Assembly (NCBI GenBank): GCA_965198755.1
Contig: OZ240673.1
Coordinates: 3,145,044 to 3,209,043, forward strand
Source: Acetobacteraceae bacterium
GTDB taxonomy: Bacteria; Pseudomonadota; Alphaproteobacteria; Acetobacterales; Acetobacteraceae
DNA length: 64,000 bases
Direction of reading: 5' to 3'
Each line of letters opens with the position of its first letter. Position 1 is the first letter of the stretch. This document shows positions 60,524-64,000 of this stretch, piece by piece. The notes under the pieces are model-generated. The model saw only the letters and a list, made by a program, of their open reading frames with translations, was not told the DNA's origin and did no database searches. Both the position numbers and the translations under genes were made by a program.

Positions 60524-61483
60524 ATGGCCGCAGACCCGTACACCACGCTGGGCGTCAAGCGCGACGCGACCGCAGCACAGCTCAAATCCGCCTACCTCAA
60601 GCTCGCCAAGAAGCACCACCCGGACCTCAACCCCGGTGACAAGAAGGCCGAGGAGCGCTTCAAGTCGATCAGCGCCGCGCACGACCTGCTGAGCGACGCG
60701 GAGAAGCGTGCCCGCTTCGACTCCGGCGAGATCGACGCCACGGGCCAGCCGCAAGGTCCGCGCGGCGGCGGCGAACGCAGCTTCTACCGCGGGTTCGCCG
60801 ACGGCGAGCAGGGTGCCCGCTACCAGGCCGGCCCCGGTTTCGGCGGCAATTTCGGCGGCGGCCAGGAAGGCCTGCACGACATCTTTGCCGACCTGTTCGC
60901 CAACGCACGCCGCGGCGGCGGCCAGACAAGGGACGACCCGATGCGCGGCCAGGACCAGCGCTACCAGCTCAGCGTCTCGTTCGTTGAGGCAGCCCTCGGC
61001 GCCAGCCGCCGCCTCACCCTGCCGGATGGCCGCACGCTGGACGTGACCGTGCCGCCCGGGCTGGAGGATGGCCAGACCCTGCGCCTGCGTGGCCAGGGCT
61101 CGGCCGGCTGGAACGGAGGCCAGCCCGGCGACGCGATGATCGAGGTCAGCGTTCTCGCCCACCCGTTCTTCCGACGCGAGGGGACGGACATCCACCTCGA
61201 CCTGCCGATCACCGCCGCCGAAGCCGCCCTCGGCGCCAAGGTGGCGGTGCCCACGCCGGCCGGCCCGGTGCAGATGAGCATCCCGCGCCACTCCGATGCC
61301 GGCCGCCAGCTGCGCCTGCGCGGGCGGGGCATCGCGGCGCACGGCGGCAAGCCGGCGGGCGACCTGTACGTCACGCTGAAGCTGGTTCTCGGCACGCCGG
61401 ACCAGGCGCTGGAAGACGCGCTGGCCGCCTTCTACGAACGCCACCCGATCGACCCACGCGCCCACATGAGCGAGGCCGCATGA
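60524..61483 (+). CDS. cbpA: DnaJ-class chaperone without Zn finger (CbpA-like)
   Basis: J domain HPD, G/F-rich linker, LRLRGQG, GDLYV. Confidence 0.88.
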   Translation: MAADPYTTLGVKRDATAAQLKSAYLKLAKKHHPDLNPGDKKAEERFKSISAAHDLLSDAEKRARFDSGEIDATGQPQGPRGGGERSFYRGFADGEQGARYQAGPGFGGNFGGGQEGLHDIFADLFANARRGGGQTRDDPMRGQDQRYQLSVSFVEAALGASRRLTLPDGRTLDVTVPPGLEDGQTLRLRGQGSAGWNGGQPGDAMIEVSVLAHPFFRREGTDIHLDLPITAAEAALGAKVAVPTPAGPVQMSIPRHSDAGRQLRLRGRGIAAHGGKPAGDLYVTLKLVLGTPDQALEDALAAFYERHPIDPRAHMSEAA

Positions 61484-61791
61484 TCACCATCCAGACCGTC
61501 TGCCAGGTCGTTCCCGGCCTGTCCGAGGAGACGCTGCGCTACTGGCTCGACCAGGATTGGGTGCGCCCGGTCCAGGAAAGCGGCGAGCCGGAGTTCGGCG
61601 AGATCGACGTGGCGCGGATCAGGCTAATCCTGGAGTTGCACACCGAGCTGGAGGTGGACGAGCCTACCTTGCCGCTGGTGCTTTCGTTGCTGGACCAGCT
61701 TTATACCACGCGGCGGCAGCTGCGGCTGGTGCTGGATAGTTTGGAGGCGCCGGTTCGGGAGAGTTTGGCGGAGCAACTAAGCAAGAGGTAA
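61480..61791 (+). CDS. cbpM: Chaperone modulator CbpM (MerR-like)
   Basis: ATGA overlap; WLDQDWVRP, DVARIRLI, VLSLLDQ. Confidence 0.88.
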   Translation: MITIQTVCQVVPGLSEETLRYWLDQDWVRPVQESGEPEFGEIDVARIRLILELHTELEVDEPTLPLVLSLLDQLYTTRRQLRLVLDSLEAPVRESLAEQLSKR

Positions 61792-62036
61792 AAGCAAGGC
61801 ATTCTTTTTCGAGAAAAAGAAGCAAAAAGCTTTTGTTGCGGCTGTCGCGGACGGCTGAAACGACACGTTTCACCCCGGCGTATCCGACGACAGCAGACGT
61901 TTTTTCTGGTGCCACTTGAGACGCCGGCGAACGGCCCGGACGTCACCAGCCCAACGCGCGAGTCGACCGACGGGTGTGCCGGGTTCTCGGCTGGACGGAG
62001 TATTGGTTCTTTTTCAAAAGAGAACCGCTTGCTTGC
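61791..62036 (+). repeat. Palindromic element E33 with an extended spacer
   Basis: GAAGC arm + CTGTCGCGGACGGCTGAAACGACACG; eroded GAACC arm at 61998-62036. Confidence 0.8.
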
Positions 62037-62073
62037 GCCTTGCCATCGCGACCGATCACGGCAAGTCTGGCCT

Positions 62074-62751
62074 ATGGTGTCCATCATCCTCGCTGCGGCC
62101 GCTTTCGCTGCCATCCACCTCGGCGTCTCCGGTACGTCGCTGCGCAACCGGATCGTCGCCGCGATTGGCCTGACCCCTTACATGGTGGTGTTCTCGGTGG
62201 CCTCGGTCGCTACGATCATTTGGCTGGTCGGCGCCTACAACAGCGCGCCATACGTGGCCACCTGGGGCCAGCTGCAGTGGTGGAAGCCGTTCGCCATCGC
62301 GCTGATGCTGCCGGCGTTCCTGCTGGTGGTGGTGGGGCTGACCACGCCAAACCTCACTTCCGTGGCGCAGGACAAGCTTGCTGCCGAGGAGCCGCGCGGC
62401 ATCGTGCGGATTACCCGGCATCCGTTCCTGATCGGCACTGCGCTGTGGGCGACGATCCACCTGATCGGCAACGGCGACGTGGCCTCGCTGCTGTTCTTCG
62501 CCTCGCTGCTGCTCGTGTGCCTGGCCGGCACCGTTTCGATCGATGCAAAGCGGGCGCGCGCGCTGGGTGAGGAGTGGCAGGGTTTTGCGCGGCGCACGTC
62601 CATCCTGCCGTTCGCTGCCATCGCCGCCGGCCGCAACGCGTGGCGCCCGGGTGAGCTCGGCTGGTGGCGGCCCGCCGCGGGCCTCGGCGCCTATGCGCTA
62701 ATGCTGGGCGGGCACGCGCACATCGTAGGCGTGTCTCCCTGGCCCGTGTGA
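62074..62751 (+). CDS. NnrU family membrane protein
   Basis: GIVRITRHPFL, WATIHLIGNG, SIDAKR, TSILPF. Confidence 0.88.
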   Translation: MVSIILAAAAFAAIHLGVSGTSLRNRIVAAIGLTPYMVVFSVASVATIIWLVGAYNSAPYVATWGQLQWWKPFAIALMLPAFLLVVVGLTTPNLTSVAQDKLAAEEPRGIVRITRHPFLIGTALWATIHLIGNGDVASLLFFASLLLVCLAGTVSIDAKRARALGEEWQGFARRTSILPFAAIAAGRNAWRPGELGWWRPAAGLGAYALMLGGHAHIVGVSPWPV

Positions 62752-62814
62752 AAGCTGTTCCGTTCGTGTCAGGAAAACGATCTTTTTGTCCGCCGCCAAG
62801 TCGTGCGGGCTAGT

Positions 62815-62871
62815 CCGCGATAGCCGGACCAAAAGCTTTTTGCTTCTTTTTCTCGAAAAAGAAGCGCTTTC
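62815..62871 (-). repeat. Palindromic element half copy E34
   Basis: CGCGATAG + GAAGC arm. Confidence 0.8.
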
Positions 62872-62886
62872 TTCTCCGGAATTTTC

Positions 62887-64000
62887 ATGCGCGCCCTGAT
62901 CTCAGTCTCCGACAAGACCGGCCTGATCCCGTTCGCCCGGTCTCTAGCCACGCTCGGCATCGAGCTCATTTCCACCGGCGGCTCGGCGCGCGCTCTGCGT
63001 GACGCCGACATCGCTGTCACCGACGTGAGCGCTTACACCGGTTTTCCGGAAATCCTGGACGGACGCGTAAAGACGCTGGTGCCGCAGATCCACGGCGGCA
63101 TCCTCGGCCGGCGCGACCTGCCCGAGCATGTGGCACAGATGCAGGCGCACGACATCGCCGCGATCGACCTGGTGATCGTCAACCTCTACCCGTTCGAGGC
63201 GAGGGTGGCCGCCGGCGCCGCCTGGGACGAGTGTGTGGAGAACATCGATATCGGCGGGCCCGCGCTGATCCGTGCTGCGGCGAAGAACCACGACTTCGTC
63301 ACCGTGCTGACAGACCCTGCACAATACGACGAGGTGCTGGCCGAACTGCAGGCGGACGGCGATACGGGCCAGGCACTGCGCCGCCGCCTGGCCGCTGCGG
63401 CGTACGCGCGGACTGCCGCCTACGACGCCGCCATTGCCGCGTGGTTCGCCGTGCAATCCGGCGAGAGCTTTCCGCAACGCCTCACCATCGCCGCCACGCT
63501 GACGCAGACTCTGCGTTACGGTGAGAACCCGCATCAGCAGGCAGCGCTTTACACGACGGCAGCGCGCGCCGGCGTGGCGCAGGCCGAGCAGGTGCAGGGC
63601 AAGGAGTTGTCTTACAACAACATCAACGATACCGACGCTGCCTTCGAATGCGTGGCGGAGTTCGAAGCGCCGGCCATCGTCATCGTCAAGCACGCCAACC
63701 CGTGCGGTGTGGCGGTGGCGCAAGACTTGGCGGCTGCATGGGAAGCGGCGTTGCGGTGCGACCCGACCTCGGCGTTCGGCGGCATCGTCGCCGCCAACCG
63801 CACGCTGGACGCGGAGACGGCGAGCAGGATTGCGCAGATCTTCACCGAGGTGATCGTGGCGCCGGACGCGACGCCAGACGCACGCGCCGTGTTGGCGAAG
63901 AAGAAGAATTTGCGCCTGCTGCTGACAGGCGGTTTAGCTAATGCAGGGGCGCCTGGCCTGACCTGTCGCAGCATTGCCGGCGGCCTGCTCGTGCAGTCGC
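62887..64000 (+). CDS. purH: Bifunctional AICAR transformylase/IMP cyclohydrolase, 5' part (runs off the window)
   Basis: [60 protein letters not shown]. Confidence 0.97.
   Translation, partial: MRALISVSDKTGLIPFARSLATLGIELISTGGSARALRDADIAVTDVSAYTGFPEILDGRVKTLVPQIHGGILGRRDLPEHVAQMQAHDIAAIDLVIVNLYPFEARVAAGAAWDECVENIDIGGPALIRAAAKNHDFVTVLTDPAQYDEVLAELQADGDTGQALRRRLAAAAYARTAAYDAAIAAWFAVQSGESFPQRLTIAATLTQTLRYGENPHQQAALYTTAARAGVAQAEQVQGKELSYNNINDTDAAFECVAEFEAPAIVIVKHANPCGVAVAQDLAAAWEAALRCDPTSAFGGIVAANRTLDAETASRIAQIFTEVIVAPDATPDARAVLAKKKNLRLLLTGGLANAGAPGLTCRSIAGGLLVQS

Noticed and set aside
3588-62147. Many short ORFs containing KKRSKKLL / FFEKKNQKTF / QKFFGSFFQKR as a protein family
   Set aside because: These are translations of the DNA repeat; only the cases fused or coupled to real genes are reported.
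4033-62871. Repeats as a CRISPR array
   Set aside because: Copies are dispersed, bidirectional and separated by whole genes; no regular spacers and no cas genes.
62752-62886. ZTP (pfl) riboswitch upstream of purH
   Set aside because: Consensus motifs not found; the space is mostly element E34.

Overview
High-GC alphaproteobacterial chromosome segment, probably Acetobacteraceae (inferred from gene order and protein sequences). The right half is the origin-proximal housekeeping block mnmE-mnmG-rsmG-parA-parB / holA-lptE-leuS, with two perfect parS sites, followed by kup, an IS630 element, a MarR/OmpR/EnvZ-like set, cbpA-cbpM and the 5' part of purH. The left half carries an S53 peptidase, ycjXF, aceA with a divergent ScfR/RamB regulator, a mazEF pair whose antitoxin is frameshifted, an M28 peptidase and tRNA-Met. 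Two things stand out. (1) A ~14 kb co-oriented cluster (14946-29071) encodes two divergent YcaO paralogues, inositol-3-phosphate synthase, an HD-fold protein, a Trm112-like/SAM methyltransferase, a Gfo/Idh/MocA dehydrogenase, an MBL-fold protein, a TIM-barrel epimerase, a GT4 glycosyltransferase, a PIG-L deacetylase and MdoH. I found no clear RiPP precursor, E1 partner or TfuA, so it may make an inositol glycoside using YcaO chemistry. (2) An AT-rich, doubly palindromic ~130-155 bp REPIN/MITE-like element occurs about 35 times (full, half or eroded). It abuts stop codons, donates C-termini, sits in frame inside the cluster methyltransferase, forms a bridging mini-ORF, and appears to coincide with local G/C-skew flips. 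All assignments come from motif recognition by eye; no database searches were run.
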